From a virus (taxonomy: Duplodnaviria; Caudoviricetes): a DNA stretch of 27,948 nt. This document shows positions 15,078 through 23,906 of the stretch, piece by piece (within the stretch, counting starts at the first letter, position 1; each line of letters begins with the position of its first letter). The position numbers and the translations under genes are program-made. The stretch spans positions 1 to 27,948 of IMG/VR virus record IMGVR_UViG_3300033067_001461; one strand, given 5' to 3'. The notes under the pieces are model-generated. The model searched no databases, was not told where the DNA came from, and worked only from the letters and a program-made list of their open reading frames with translations.

Positions 15078-17165
15078 TCAACCAACCCCAGGAGCCGGTG
15101 GAGCCCCAGCAGAAGTAGCTGCTTCTCGCTTGGCTAACGAAGCCCCTAATTTATCTCCACCCGGAGTCGCTGGAGCGTTGGGATCAGCATTCGCAACTTC
15201 TTCTTCAGGAGACTGTGGCGGTGGGCCGTGCTCTTCAGCGGTCTCAATCGAAGGATCCTGAAGCTTCATCATCATCTGGGTGTGGAGATCAATAGATGCC
15301 AGGAGAAGGGCCTGCTTCTCTGGATCCAGTGAATCGTACTTGTCAGACATCCGGTAATCATTGAGCTCTTGAATCGCAAGGATGTGCGGATCGAGCTTAT
15401 TGATCTTTGGAAGCTGACCCTTTTCAATAGCTTGGATCTCTTTTTGAACCATGCCCATCTGAAGTGTGCGGGTTTTCCAGATCTCAGCAACATCCCCGTA
15501 TTCAAGCATCCCAAGAACATTGGACCGGACTTGTGGATCCTGTGGGTCACCCAATAGGCCCTGAGTGTAGGCGTTCAGCAGTTCTTGACGGCGTAAGACC
15601 TTGGATCCAGGGATGGTGGAGCCACGGATAACCGTAACGTCGTGGTTGCCCTTAATGTCTGCACCAACGAACTGACGCACCGTGTACTCCATGCCGTCTC
15701 CGGCAAGCTTGAGTAGACGTGGAGTTTTAATGAACCGTTCTACGTTGAGAAGGATCAGGTTACCGATAGCGGCGTAAGCCTCTTCATGCTGCTCTGTGAC
15801 TACACCGATGCGGGTGTCATCTTGCTCAGTGAGGAGCTGCATCCCGATAGCAGGGATCGAGGCGCTCGGCAGAGTACCCTTGGACACCTCTGAGATGCCC
15901 ATGATGTCGTTGATATTCTTCTCGTGGACCGAGTCCTCGTTATAAGCGTAGGATGGGATGTTGGGCATCACCATCGGTGTAGGAGGCCCGCCATTGGGGG
16001 TTTGGTCGTAGTAGACCACTTCCCCAGACTGATCGTTTAAAGCTTCCTGCTGAAGCCCTGATCCACGTGCAGCCAAAATCTTGCCGGTCAGAAGTCGATT
16101 GACCCACTCGGCGCGCTTCTGAAGGGTACGGTTGTATTGGTCCTGGCTAGGACGAGCGTGGGTGACTGTTGACTCGCTGTAATACTTCCCTGCAATGAGA
16201 ATGTCGTCGAATTTAACGAGTGGGAACTTGCCCACTGGGAGAGCTTTGTTCTCGAGCAACACACCGTTGGCGCTCACTACCATGCGGCCATTCGGGTGCT
16301 TAGGGGACCTGCGCTCGTAGTACACCACTTCGATTGCTGAGTTCTTAAAGCGTGCTTCAGCCGTACCAGAAGTGAACCCTTGAGTGGTTAGCCCATTGAT
16401 ACGGGACTCGTACTGGGCAGAGAGCAGCCAGGCGCCCTCTTCTTTGACCAACGCACCGCGCTCGGGATAACGGTTCTGGAAGTAATCAAGCTTCCTGACC
16501 TTTGCCTTAATCACCCACTGGGCTTCTTCCAGGGTCTTTGCAAGGGGGTCTGGGAACACTTCAAAAGGGCTGACCACATTGACTGAGATGTCACCCTCGT
16601 AGCCAACCAGCTCACCTGTGGTTGGATCAACCATGGGCTCACCCTTATCTGGGTCGTAAGAGACCTCCAGATAGCCGTGGCCGCATTGCTGCACCCACAT
16701 CAAGAGGTCTAGACGCTTACGGTTGATCTTCTCCAGATCCCAGTACTGATTAAGAATCTGGAGACCCAGTTTGGCTGCTTCTTTGTCATCGTTAGATGGG
16801 GAGCCAGGCTTCACGTCATACTGTGGAGCATTCTTAGCCAACCGCGCTAAGCGATTCTGAAGAGTGGGAAGGATCTTGTTAACGTGGATGCGGTTCCGGC
16901 CCTGGAAGCGGTAGGCTTTGTCACTTGGGCGGAAAGAGCGGGAGTTGGTGTCGTAGTACACGCCATCATAGCCAAGCACGTAGGCGATGTTGGTCATCCA
17001 CACTCCCTCATGGGAGACACGGGAAGCAGCGGCTCTAGACTCTTCTAGCCGGGTACGGCAAAACCCGACGAGGTCTTGCTCCTCAGTGGTCTGGTCGTTA
17101 ATAGTTTTGGGCGCCGAATCTCCCCCAACTCCAAGTTTCGCTAGAGCAGATTCCAATAGACCCAA
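15078..17165 (-). CDS. Portal protein (P22-like)
   Basis: 695 aa after the terminase; VNKILP, VVSPFEVFPDP, SQDQYNR, GISEVSKG, AIGMQLLTEQDD motifs; TTG start with GGGGG RBS. Confidence 0.88.
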   Translation of the reverse strand: MGLLESALAKLGVGGDSAPKTINDQTTEEQDLVGFCRTRLEESRAAASRVSHEGVWMTNIAYVLGYDGVYYDTNSRSFRPSDKAYRFQGRNRIHVNKILPTLQNRLARLAKNAPQYDVKPGSPSNDDKEAAKLGLQILNQYWDLEKINRKRLDLLMWVQQCGHGYLEVSYDPDKGEPMVDPTTGELVGYEGDISVNVVSPFEVFPDPLAKTLEEAQWVIKAKVRKLDYFQNRYPERGALVKEEGAWLLSAQYESRINGLTTQGFTSGTAEARFKNSAIEVVYYERRSPKHPNGRMVVSANGVLLENKALPVGKFPLVKFDDILIAGKYYSESTVTHARPSQDQYNRTLQKRAEWVNRLLTGKILAARGSGLQQEALNDQSGEVVYYDQTPNGGPPTPMVMPNIPSYAYNEDSVHEKNINDIMGISEVSKGTLPSASIPAIGMQLLTEQDDTRIGVVTEQHEEAYAAIGNLILLNVERFIKTPRLLKLAGDGMEYTVRQFVGADIKGNHDVTVIRGSTIPGSKVLRRQELLNAYTQGLLGDPQDPQVRSNVLGMLEYGDVAEIWKTRTLQMGMVQKEIQAIEKGQLPKINKLDPHILAIQELNDYRMSDKYDSLDPEKQALLLASIDLHTQMMMKLQDPSIETAEEHGPPPQSPEEEVANADPNAPATPGGDKLGASLAKREAATSAGAPPAPGVG

Positions 17166-17185
17166 AGATTAGCGCCCCCTGTGGG

Positions 17186-17425
17186 TTATAGCGGGCCCAC
17201 GCCCCCGGTCAGCCGGTTTAACTCCTCCAGCGAACCGTCGTCGATCGGTACCCGCACGATATCTGACTGTGGCGCTTTGGGCTCAGATAGTTGCTTTGAT
17301 ACTTGGTACTCATGATAATTGCGACTCATGAGTTTATCCAGAAGCTTTTGAGTCTCTCTGGCGTGAAGAATATTCTGTACGATCAATAGCGTTGCCAGCA
17401 ACATGATCAAACCCGCTTCAACCAT
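17186..17425 (-). CDS. Small protein with N-terminal transmembrane segment
   Basis: Start placed at MVEAGLIMLLATLLIV (GAGGAG RBS); KLLDKLMSRNYHEY motif. Confidence 0.6.
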   Translation of the reverse strand: MVEAGLIMLLATLLIVQNILHARETQKLLDKLMSRNYHEYQVSKQLSEPKAPQSDIVRVPIDDGSLEELNRLTGGVGPL

Positions 17426-17597
17426 CGCCAAGCTCCTCATATAAATCTCTGACATCCTGCATAAAGACAGTGTCTTGATCCGTCCACTCGTCGGAGCTGT
17501 CCTTCTCTATAAAACGATCAAGAACACTCTCAACCAGTTCACTCAGTGAATCTCTAATGCGCAGCAGCTTAAGATACTCCGAGCGAGTTGGATTCAT
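17418..17597 (-). CDS. Hypothetical acidic protein (59 aa)
   Basis: Own translation MNPTRSEYLKLLRIRDSLSELVESVLDRFIEKDSSDEWTDQDTVFMQDVRDLYEELGDG; fills the gap, coupled on both sides. Confidence 0.55.
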   Translation of the reverse strand: MNPTRSEYLKLLRIRDSLSELVESVLDRFIEKDSSDEWTDQDTVFMQDVRDLYEELGDG

Positions 17598-18001
17598 TGA
17601 TTTGTAGGCTTGTCTCCAAGCAGGCGCTGTCCAAGCTGGATCGACTCACGCTTCTCGATGATTTCTGTCATCCCGATTGGGTAAACTTTGATGCTCTTAT
17701 AGACGATGTAACCTGGGGGGCTCCAAGGACGGCCACGCATGATCAGGTCAATGATCTCTGGCTTAGTCTCGATCGACTCTTCCCCAGACATTGCGGCAGT
17801 AGCGATCTTGTTCTCAAACGTGCTCACTGTTTCATTGTCTGGATCAATTCCCTGGGTCTCTGGTGGGAGAAGTTGAACTTCTTGTGGAGCAACAGACTTA
17901 GTATTCAGTCCGCTCAAAACTTTGTCTAGGGTCTCGACCTTGTGCGAGCTGTTGGAGGTACCACTTTTCATGCTCGTTTGTTCCTGGCGCGGGTCTGTCA
18001 T
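17594..18001 (-). CDS. Hypothetical protein overlapping the end of the terminase nuclease gene
   Basis: AAGGGGAG RBS before the ATG at 18001 (MTDPRQ...); GYIVYKSIKVYPIG motif. Confidence 0.55.
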   Translation of the reverse strand: MTDPRQEQTSMKSGTSNSSHKVETLDKVLSGLNTKSVAPQEVQLLPPETQGIDPDNETVSTFENKIATAAMSGEESIETKPEIIDLIMRGRPWSPPGYIVYKSIKVYPIGMTEIIEKRESIQLGQRLLGDKPTNQ

Positions 18002-18716
18002 TTCGATTCTCCCTTTGTGGATAGTAGACAATTTGTTCTAGCTGAGAGAGTGCGTCAAGCAAATCATCGTGGCCCCCTCTTGGAAATGTCCCGTACTCTG
18101 TCTCAAAGTCATGAAGACCCTGAGCAATAAGAATACGTCCCCACTCAAAGCGGGGCACTAATCCCATGATACGGGTCTCCTTACTCTTTGCTACACCCGG
18201 GTTAATCCCCTTTACTGGTAAGATCGTACCGCGCCGTTTCATTTCCTCATCAAGCATATAGAGAAGTGCTTTTTGGTAGGCAACGATCTCAACTCCGATG
18301 CCCTGGCACTGGAACTCTTTCTGGAGGTTAAACATCAGAGTAACGATCTGGGTGGGAGTGATCTTGAACCGCTTGGCGTACTTCAGATACCAGGTCTGAT
18401 CAGCGTCCACATCGATCACTGTGACTGCGGTGTAGTCGGCATCATCCGACTGAGAGATGGCCGGGTCAATGAAAGCGAACGTGTTCTTAATCTGTGGGAG
18501 CTGCTGATAATACTTCAGCCAAGTGCGTTGGAACGGTTGAGATCCATCAGGGATGATCTCGTTGAGGTACTGGTTCGAAAAAAGGTAAGTCCCCATTGTG
18601 CGACGAGCTTCTTGAAGGAACTCGTGGGTGAGACGCTCAGGGAAGAAGAGAGATCCATCATCGTGAATCGCCTTTGCGTAAATCACCGACCACCGTGGGT
18701 CTTTCGGGATCTTCAT
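17898..18716 (-). CDS. terL: Terminase large subunit, C-terminal half (ATPase lid/linker + RNase H-like nuclease)
   Basis: DGSLFFPERL..MGTYLFSNQYLNE lid/linker; FIDPAIS..DADYTAV, GVEIVAYQ, KETRI and FPRGGHDDLLDAL nuclease motifs; no Walker motifs. Confidence 0.9.
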   Translation of the reverse strand: MKIPKDPRWSVIYAKAIHDDGSLFFPERLTHEFLQEARRTMGTYLFSNQYLNEIIPDGSQPFQRTWLKYYQQLPQIKNTFAFIDPAISQSDDADYTAVTVIDVDADQTWYLKYAKRFKITPTQIVTLMFNLQKEFQCQGIGVEIVAYQKALLYMLDEEMKRRGTILPVKGINPGVAKSKETRIMGLVPRFEWGRILIAQGLHDFETEYGTFPRGGHDDLLDALSQLEQIVYYPQRENRNDRPAPGTNEHEKWYLQQLAQGRDPRQSFERTEY

Positions 18717-18865
18717 TACCTCGAAATATAAACCAGGGTCATCAAGCAGGCCACAAGCAGAGCAAGCTGTAGAGACACGAGAGACTTGTACATCTTGATT
18801 GTTTGTTCATATCGCTCAGCTTTGCCGCGCCAGGCTTGGTAGAGGGCTTGATGATCTTGAGTCAT
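18716..18865 (-). CDS. Small membrane protein (49 aa)
   Basis: Own translation MTQDHQALYQAWRGKAERYEQTIKMYKSLVSLQLALLVACLMTLVYISR; AAGGA RBS; TAATG-coupled to terL-C. Confidence 0.55.
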   Translation of the reverse strand: MTQDHQALYQAWRGKAERYEQTIKMYKSLVSLQLALLVACLMTLVYISR

Positions 18866-18880
18866 ACCAATTCCTTTACT

Positions 18881-20824
18881 TTAAGCTTGGGTAATTGTCA
18901 TGTCGTCAAACCAAGCTGACAATGACGTCCCGCCATAAACCTGAAGCTCGATTTCAACCACAGCTTGTTCCGTTGGTGTGAATGAGAAGGAGATTTCTTC
19001 ATAGGTATTAGCTGCTGCAGAGGCCGTAGCAATAAGGTCTGAAGGGGCTCCATCAATCTGACCACCACGCATAAACATTCTTGCAGTGATGCCAGTGGAG
19101 CTGCGCTTTACCCAGATCTTCACGGTAACAGTGCCTGAGCTTAAGCAAGCCACTCTGGCCACAATCAATGAGAGTGGGTAGGTGACGCTAGCGTTGGCTG
19201 ACGTTGGGCTAAACTGCCAGGCAAGTCCTGAGAGCGTATGACGGTTGGAGTCGGCGACACTGACAATGTTCCCAATGTCCCAAAACGTTCTGTTGTCGTT
19301 GTTACTGCCGTTGTAGTGCTCCACTCTGACCACGGCGGCTGTGTAGAGTGTCCCAGAGACAAGTACTGGCGTAGTATCTGTCAAAGTGCCATCGAGAATG
19401 ATGACTTCTCCTCCATCATTTCTGATGCCAGCAGTAGCGTTTGTATCAGAAAAGAAGCTTCTGACTACTAGACTACAACTCGTGGTGTTTTGAATTCCAT
19501 AGCTCCCATTGTTTCTACAATAGAGCGTAGTCCCCATGATGAAGTTAGCAGCGTTCGTCTGCAGACCATTGATCACGTTGTTATCGCAATAGACAGTAGT
19601 GAACTCGTTGTTCTGAGTTTGGATGGTGATCCCGTTACCACCGTTGCTGTCACACCATAAAGACGTCATCGTCAGATTCTTGACGGTAGAGATTAGGCCG
19701 TTTGTGGTGTTGTTGTTTAAATGGCAGGTATCGAAGGTGATGGTATTTCCACCCGTGAAGTTCATCCCCGTGGTGTAGCGATAAAGTGAGATCTTAGAGA
19801 ATGTTAGGAAGGCGATTGTGCTACCCGTTAAGAACCCTACGCTCCCATTTCTCCCTGTGACATGGGTCTCTCCCGTTTGGGTAGACATGTCTGTCCGGTT
19901 CCACCCGCCAGACGTTACGATTGGAGAACTATCAGTCCCACTGTTTGTGTAGGTATTTAAGTTTGTTGCGGAAGTAGCTAGCGCCGTCTGTATGGGTTCT
20001 CGCTTGTAGGTTGTGACCGTCTCGGTGACACCGCTATAGCCACGCCCCACTGTAGGCAAAGAGTTTGGATTTGCATCAAGCAATACATTGGTGCCATTGA
20101 TGCTTTGGATCGCAAACCAAGTCTCTCCAGCGGTGTTCTTACCAATCACTGAGTTCAGATTGAGAGAATCAGCAGATGCGGAGGCTTTGCAGGCTAGGAT
20201 ATTGTCTAGACGCACAGTCACGGTGCCAGGGTCCAAAAGAGCCTGGAGCACCACAGATTGAATGCTGTTACCGAGCGCTGCACCATTATCAAAAGTGATC
20301 GCAGTCCACAGATTGACGTTTGGAACAGCTGGGATTGGTATTGTGTTTACGGTGACCAGTCCAGCAGCATCCGAGCATAGGCGCAGCTCCAGGGTGCTCG
20401 CTGCTATAGCTACCGTCGTGATGAACCAAAACGATACCTGTTGATATGCGGAGAAGTCTGTAGCTGAAAACGATTCTCTTGCTACCTGGCCAGTCACGAA
20501 GGCTGCAGCTATAGCCATTTGAGCAGAGAAAGAACCCTGCTTTCTAGTAGCATTAGCAGTAGTGGTAACGTTGACCGCAGCTGTCCATGCTGTCTCACAA
20601 AGTGAGATGTTGGCGGTGAGGGCAGATGCCAGCGTTACCGTCTTAGATGTCGAGTTCCATGTGGCGTTACCAATAGACGTTGCATCCGGAGATGCCATGA
20701 CTCTGATAACGTCACCAGCGCCCGCTATGGAGTTAGCTGAGGCTAAGGTTTTCTTTCTTAATGCAAAAGTACTCCCGTTGTTACCGTCATTGCCGTTCTC
20801 TAGATCAACGTACAGAGTACTCAC
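18881..20824 (-). CDS. Right-handed beta-helix (tailspike/pectin-lyase-like) protein
   Basis: N-terminal YVDLENGNDGNNG..KT...GDVIRV motif; Asn-ladder repeats (NNTTNGL, NGGNGI, NNVINGL, NNGSYGI); probable C-terminal carbohydrate-binding-like domain. Confidence 0.7.
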   Translation of the reverse strand: MSTLYVDLENGNDGNNGSTFALRKKTLASANSIAGAGDVIRVMASPDATSIGNATWNSTSKTVTLASALTANISLCETAWTAAVNVTTTANATRKQGSFSAQMAIAAAFVTGQVARESFSATDFSAYQQVSFWFITTVAIAASTLELRLCSDAAGLVTVNTIPIPAVPNVNLWTAITFDNGAALGNSIQSVVLQALLDPGTVTVRLDNILACKASASADSLNLNSVIGKNTAGETWFAIQSINGTNVLLDANPNSLPTVGRGYSGVTETVTTYKREPIQTALATSATNLNTYTNSGTDSSPIVTSGGWNRTDMSTQTGETHVTGRNGSVGFLTGSTIAFLTFSKISLYRYTTGMNFTGGNTITFDTCHLNNNTTNGLISTVKNLTMTSLWCDSNGGNGITIQTQNNEFTTVYCDNNVINGLQTNAANFIMGTTLYCRNNGSYGIQNTTSCSLVVRSFFSDTNATAGIRNDGGEVIILDGTLTDTTPVLVSGTLYTAAVVRVEHYNGSNNDNRTFWDIGNIVSVADSNRHTLSGLAWQFSPTSANASVTYPLSLIVARVACLSSGTVTVKIWVKRSSTGITARMFMRGGQIDGAPSDLIATASAAANTYEEISFSFTPTEQAVVEIELQVYGGTSLSAWFDDMTITQA

Positions 20825-21147
20825 TTAATTGCCGCTCTCACTAGATCAATGTAGGCCTGAGTCTTCTCTAAAACAGCCGCAACTTCTTGATTAAGAGCCT
20901 GAGCGTTTCCGACGATCTCTTGCATGGAGTCTAAAAGAGCAAAAGCCTCCGATGGTGGGACATCCACTGGAGCGTTCAACGTGTCGATGTAGTCTTGAAT
21001 GGCTTGGTTGATCTCATCGGGTGATGACTTACCGTCCAACCCCATGGACGCTACTTCAGACTCAATCCCGTTGGTGATCTTGAAGATTACTAGGATCGTC
21101 CCGTCTGGTCTCTTCTGAATGTCAGCAATGCCAGCGAGTTTCCACAT
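20821..21147 (-). CDS. Hypothetical protein coupled to the beta-helix gene
   Basis: 108-aa ORF; GTGA overlap with the next gene. Confidence 0.6.
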   Translation of the reverse strand: MWKLAGIADIQKRPDGTILVIFKITNGIESEVASMGLDGKSSPDEINQAIQDYIDTLNAPVDVPPSEAFALLDSMQEIVGNAQALNQEVAAVLEKTQAYIDLVRAAIK

Positions 21148-21157
21148 GGTTTCATTC

Positions 21158-21340
21158 CTACTTGGCGTAACTCACAAAAGGTTGTGCGCGATAAGGGAAG
21201 TCCATCAGCGCAAGGTTCGTTGATTGAGTGGTCGCTACCCAACAAAAGGGTTGAGCGTAATAGACAAAGTCCAAGCCCTTGAGTGTGGGTGGGGCACTAG
21301 CGAACCCAAAGAAGACGAATTTTGCTAATGAGTTCATCAT
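21158..21340 (-). CDS. Small protein with internal DFxYxAQPF repeat
   Basis: LDFVYYAQPF and MDFPYRAQPF within 60 aa. Confidence 0.55.
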   Translation of the reverse strand: MMNSLAKFVFFGFASAPPTLKGLDFVYYAQPFCWVATTQSTNLALMDFPYRAQPFVSYAK

Positions 21341-21453
21341 AGCTTGATGTGCACCTTCCTAGAGATGAGCTCTTTCATGTCTTTACGTTGGCGCAGGTAG
21401 GCAATCAGACTCATACAGATCTGCAGGCCCAGTAATAGCTCAATGACGATCAC
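21337..21453 (-). CDS. Small membrane peptide (38 aa)
   Basis: Own translation (GTG start) MIVIELLLGLQICMSLIAYLRQRKDMKELISRKVHIKL; coupled on both sides. Confidence 0.4.
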   Translation of the reverse strand: MIVIELLLGLQICMSLIAYLRQRKDMKELISRKVHIKL

Positions 21454-21752
21454 GGCTGCCCCTCGAATCCTTGGGAGCGTCCTCTTAGCACGGAGACCAC
21501 GGTAGTTGCACTCTGGGCGGCAAGGTAGAGAGTCCCAATCATGTCGAAGCTGCAGATGGCGCTACCCGGCACTACGAACCCTTGGTCCCACAAAGCTGGG
21601 GTGTTTGGGTTCACGATGAGTAGGGTGCCCCCCGACAACCACTCTAGTGAGACGGAGATTTGTCCTGGGCGTACGGAGACGCCAATGATGGATGAGAGGC
21701 CGACTGTGATGCGCTCAGGGATAAAGTCCGCAATGACCTTCTCGCGAGCCAT
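21450..21752 (-). CDS. Small beta-sandwich protein, paralog B
   Basis: MAREKVIADFIPERITVG..SGGTL..GT.YL.A..AT.VV.V.R.RS.GFEG; AGGAG RBS. Confidence 0.7.
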   Translation of the reverse strand: MAREKVIADFIPERITVGLSSIIGVSVRPGQISVSLEWLSGGTLLIVNPNTPALWDQGFVVPGSAICSFDMIGTLYLAAQSATTVVSVLRGRSQGFEGQP

Positions 21753-21761
21753 TAAGTCTCC

Positions 21762-22094
21762 TTAGTTAGAAGCTACGCCGTTAAACCCGCCGGTAGCACC
21801 TTCAAATCCGATAGAGCGGTGCCGGATGATCTGCACGATGGAGGTAGCGCCTGAGGCTACAAGCCAAAAGGTGCCGCCTACACGGATCTCCATAGGAGTG
21901 GAGGGTAGAACATAGCCTGCGGCAAAGCCCACGCCTGCAGCTGGGTGTCCGATAGCAACAGTGCCGCCTGAGACAAACTGGAGAGTAACAAACTCCTGGC
22001 CAGGGAGAGCAGTGACTCCGATAAAGATGGAAGCGCCGTTACCGACGGTAATCCTCTCGGGTAACAAGTCTACTGCAATTGGTTCTCTAGCCAT
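21762..22094 (-). CDS. Small beta-sandwich protein, paralog A
   Basis: MAREPIAVDLLPERITVG..SGGTV..GT.WL.A..AT.IV.I.R.RS.GFEG. Confidence 0.7.
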   Translation of the reverse strand: MAREPIAVDLLPERITVGNGASIFIGVTALPGQEFVTLQFVSGGTVAIGHPAAGVGFAAGYVLPSTPMEIRVGGTFWLVASGATSIVQIIRHRSIGFEGATGGFNGVASN

Positions 22095-22133
22095 GTGGAG
22101 TCCCCCGACTCGTTTTAAACGGTTAGTTGGATG

Positions 22134-22838
22134 TTAAGCGATGAGCCCCTGGCTGGCAATCTCGTTCTCTAGTACCCAGCCTATGATGTCACCCGAGTGG
22201 TATCTAGTCCCAATGACCACCATGGTCCCGCCTGGTTCTAAGATGGCTGTATTCATCCGGTAGTGGTTGATGACCTTTTGCCTGCCCTCTTCAGTACCCG
22301 AATTGTTACCGGAGTTTAAGTCATCCATTATGATGCGGTTGTAGTGCTGACCTACTTTGACAGTTTCTACGCCGCCGCAAGTAATGCTCGCTTCTTTGAG
22401 AGGGACAGTGCGTTGAGCAATGGTTATTTCCCCTTCTGACCAAGGCTCATGTCTGAAGGTTCCAAAGAGGCGAGTGAGAGCTGGATTCTCTAGGTGTGCT
22501 TTGATCTCACGCAGAAAGTTCTTGGAGTTCGAATAGACCTCGCTATCGATAAGGATGCGCTCGTTAGGGTTCCTGAGTAGGCACCAGATAGAGTAGGCCA
22601 CTACGCCCAAGCTGCTCTTAAAACAGCCTCTAGGGACACACAGGAGCTTCCTGAGGGTGTGTGATTCGAGTGCTTGAATGATAGGGCCGTGAGTAGCCCA
22701 GGTAATGTCTTTGTAGCCTAGGAGTTGCTTAGCGGTGAGGTATAGGGACGAGCGATATTCATTGGCCAGCATTCGCTGCACAACCATTGCTTTAACGCTG
22801 GGGTCTTCTTGTTCTAGGCGCTTAAGATGTTCGATCAT
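22134..22838 (-). CDS. terL: Terminase large subunit, N-terminal ATPase half
   Basis: Walker A-like VPRGCFKSS, Walker B IIMDD, coupling motif VVIGTRYH..D; stops ~20 aa after this motif. Confidence 0.9.
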   Translation of the reverse strand: MIEHLKRLEQEDPSVKAMVVQRMLANEYRSSLYLTAKQLLGYKDITWATHGPIIQALESHTLRKLLCVPRGCFKSSLGVVAYSIWCLLRNPNERILIDSEVYSNSKNFLREIKAHLENPALTRLFGTFRHEPWSEGEITIAQRTVPLKEASITCGGVETVKVGQHYNRIIMDDLNSGNNSGTEEGRQKVINHYRMNTAILEPGGTMVVIGTRYHSGDIIGWVLENEIASQGLIA

Positions 22839-23091
22839 CCCTATGAGACAGTATCAGCAGGATCTGCTTAATGTCCTTCTGCATGTCGTCTTGGGATCTT
22901 TGGAGTGATTGTACGACAAAGTCAAAGTGCTTCTGAGCAACGTAGAGGGATGAGATCTCTCCAAGATCAGCAGCAAGTCGGTCGAGCTCTTTTTGGATGT
23001 TTTCGATCTTGTTTTGATTTGCTCCGTAGCTGACAGCAGCAATCATAAGAGAAGTAATTACAGAAAGTGCGACACTCCAGTACTCTGCCAT
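22822..23091 (-). CDS. Membrane-anchored coiled-coil protein (holin/XhlA-like candidate)
   Basis: N-terminal TM segment WSVALSVITSLMIAAVSYG followed by coiled coil. Confidence 0.45.
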   Translation of the reverse strand: MAEYWSVALSVITSLMIAAVSYGANQNKIENIQKELDRLAADLGEISSLYVAQKHFDFVVQSLQRSQDDMQKDIKQILLILSHRDDRTS

Positions 23092-23399
23092 TAGGGTTTA
23101 TTGTGAACTGGAGTTCCTATAACCTCAATGGCCCTTTTCTCTTGTTGCAAGACTTCTAGCTCTTTTAAAAGCTCATCGGCTCGGTCTTTGATGCCCGTAT
23201 CTTCAACCATGGGTAGTGCGGCTGTGGGTTTTGGATAGCAGAACTTAGCCACTTCGAGCCATGCCCAGACCTTGCGAGCGGGATCGTCTAGCTCTCCAAT
23301 GAGGTTTAAGATCTCATCTATGGCGTCAACACCACGGGATCTGAGTTTGTCTCTGACGTAAAAAGAGTCCCGGTTGGGCGCACCTGGTGGTCTAGCCAT
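23091..23399 (-). CDS. terS: Probable terminase small subunit
   Basis: MARPPGAPN start, helical core, AKFCYPKP motif; two genes upstream of the terL ATPase half. Confidence 0.6.
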   Translation of the reverse strand: MARPPGAPNRDSFYVRDKLRSRGVDAIDEILNLIGELDDPARKVWAWLEVAKFCYPKPTAALPMVEDTGIKDRADELLKELEVLQQEKRAIEVIGTPVHNKP

Positions 23400-23405
23400 G
23401 TATTT

Positions 23406-23435
23406 AGTATACACAAAATATTATACGACACGCGT
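23406..23435 (-). promoter_or_regulatory. Putative promoter for the packaging operon
   Basis: ACGCGTGTCG-TATAAT plus a second hexamer TATACT 6 nt before the ATG; no Shine-Dalgarno. Confidence 0.5.
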
Positions 23436-23453
23436 CATAGAGACTTGTGAAAG

Positions 23454-23678
23454 TCACTTCGTCTCTTCCCCCCAGCAACGTTCCACGTAGAACTCTGGGC
23501 TTTTCTCTGGTTCCATTTTGGACTTCTGCTTCTTAGAAGATTGTAACTGTTTGTATTCAGATGACTTTGTGTGTGCGCAGTGAAGTGTTTTGTGGATACA
23601 GGCTAAGCGTGAGGACTCTGTGTTTTCTGTGTTGCAGAGGATAGCGGCGAGGTAGACGGCTGGTAGTAGTGCGGGCAT
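23454..23678 (-). CDS. Small Cys-containing protein with signal-like N-terminus
   Basis: MPALLPAVYLAAILC; 4 Cys; AAGGA RBS. Confidence 0.5.
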   Translation of the reverse strand: MPALLPAVYLAAILCNTENTESSRLACIHKTLHCAHTKSSEYKQLQSSKKQKSKMEPEKSPEFYVERCWGEETK

Positions 23679-23693
23679 TGGTTGATCCTTTGG

Positions 23694-23906
23694 TTAGTGC
23701 ATTTGTCTTAAAGCTTCTTCACAGGCTCTTAATAGATCCAGAGCTTCATAAAGTCGCCTGATAGCGACACTCCGTTGTCTTCTTAGAGTTCGGACTCGGT
23801 CAACAGCTGCGGTGCCGTCTGTGCCCAGTTGTTTTCTAAGGAGCTCTATTTCAGCCTCTAGTTCTCTGATCTTTTGTTCTTCTGCTGTGTTGGCGACTAG
23901 GTTCAT
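23694..23906 (-). CDS. Small coiled-coil protein
   Basis: Start placed at MNLVANT (ATGA overlap with the resolvase stop). Confidence 0.55.
   Translation of the reverse strand: MNLVANTAEEQKIRELEAEIELLRKQLGTDGTAAVDRVRTLRRQRSVAIRRLYEALDLLRACEEALRQMH

Noticed and set aside
18717-22133. Intein, group I/II intron or mobile element as the cause of the terL split
   Set aside because: No Cys/Ser-start or His-Asn intein ends, no nuclease/RT/transposase ORF, almost no noncoding sequence at the junctions, and no terminal repeats seen
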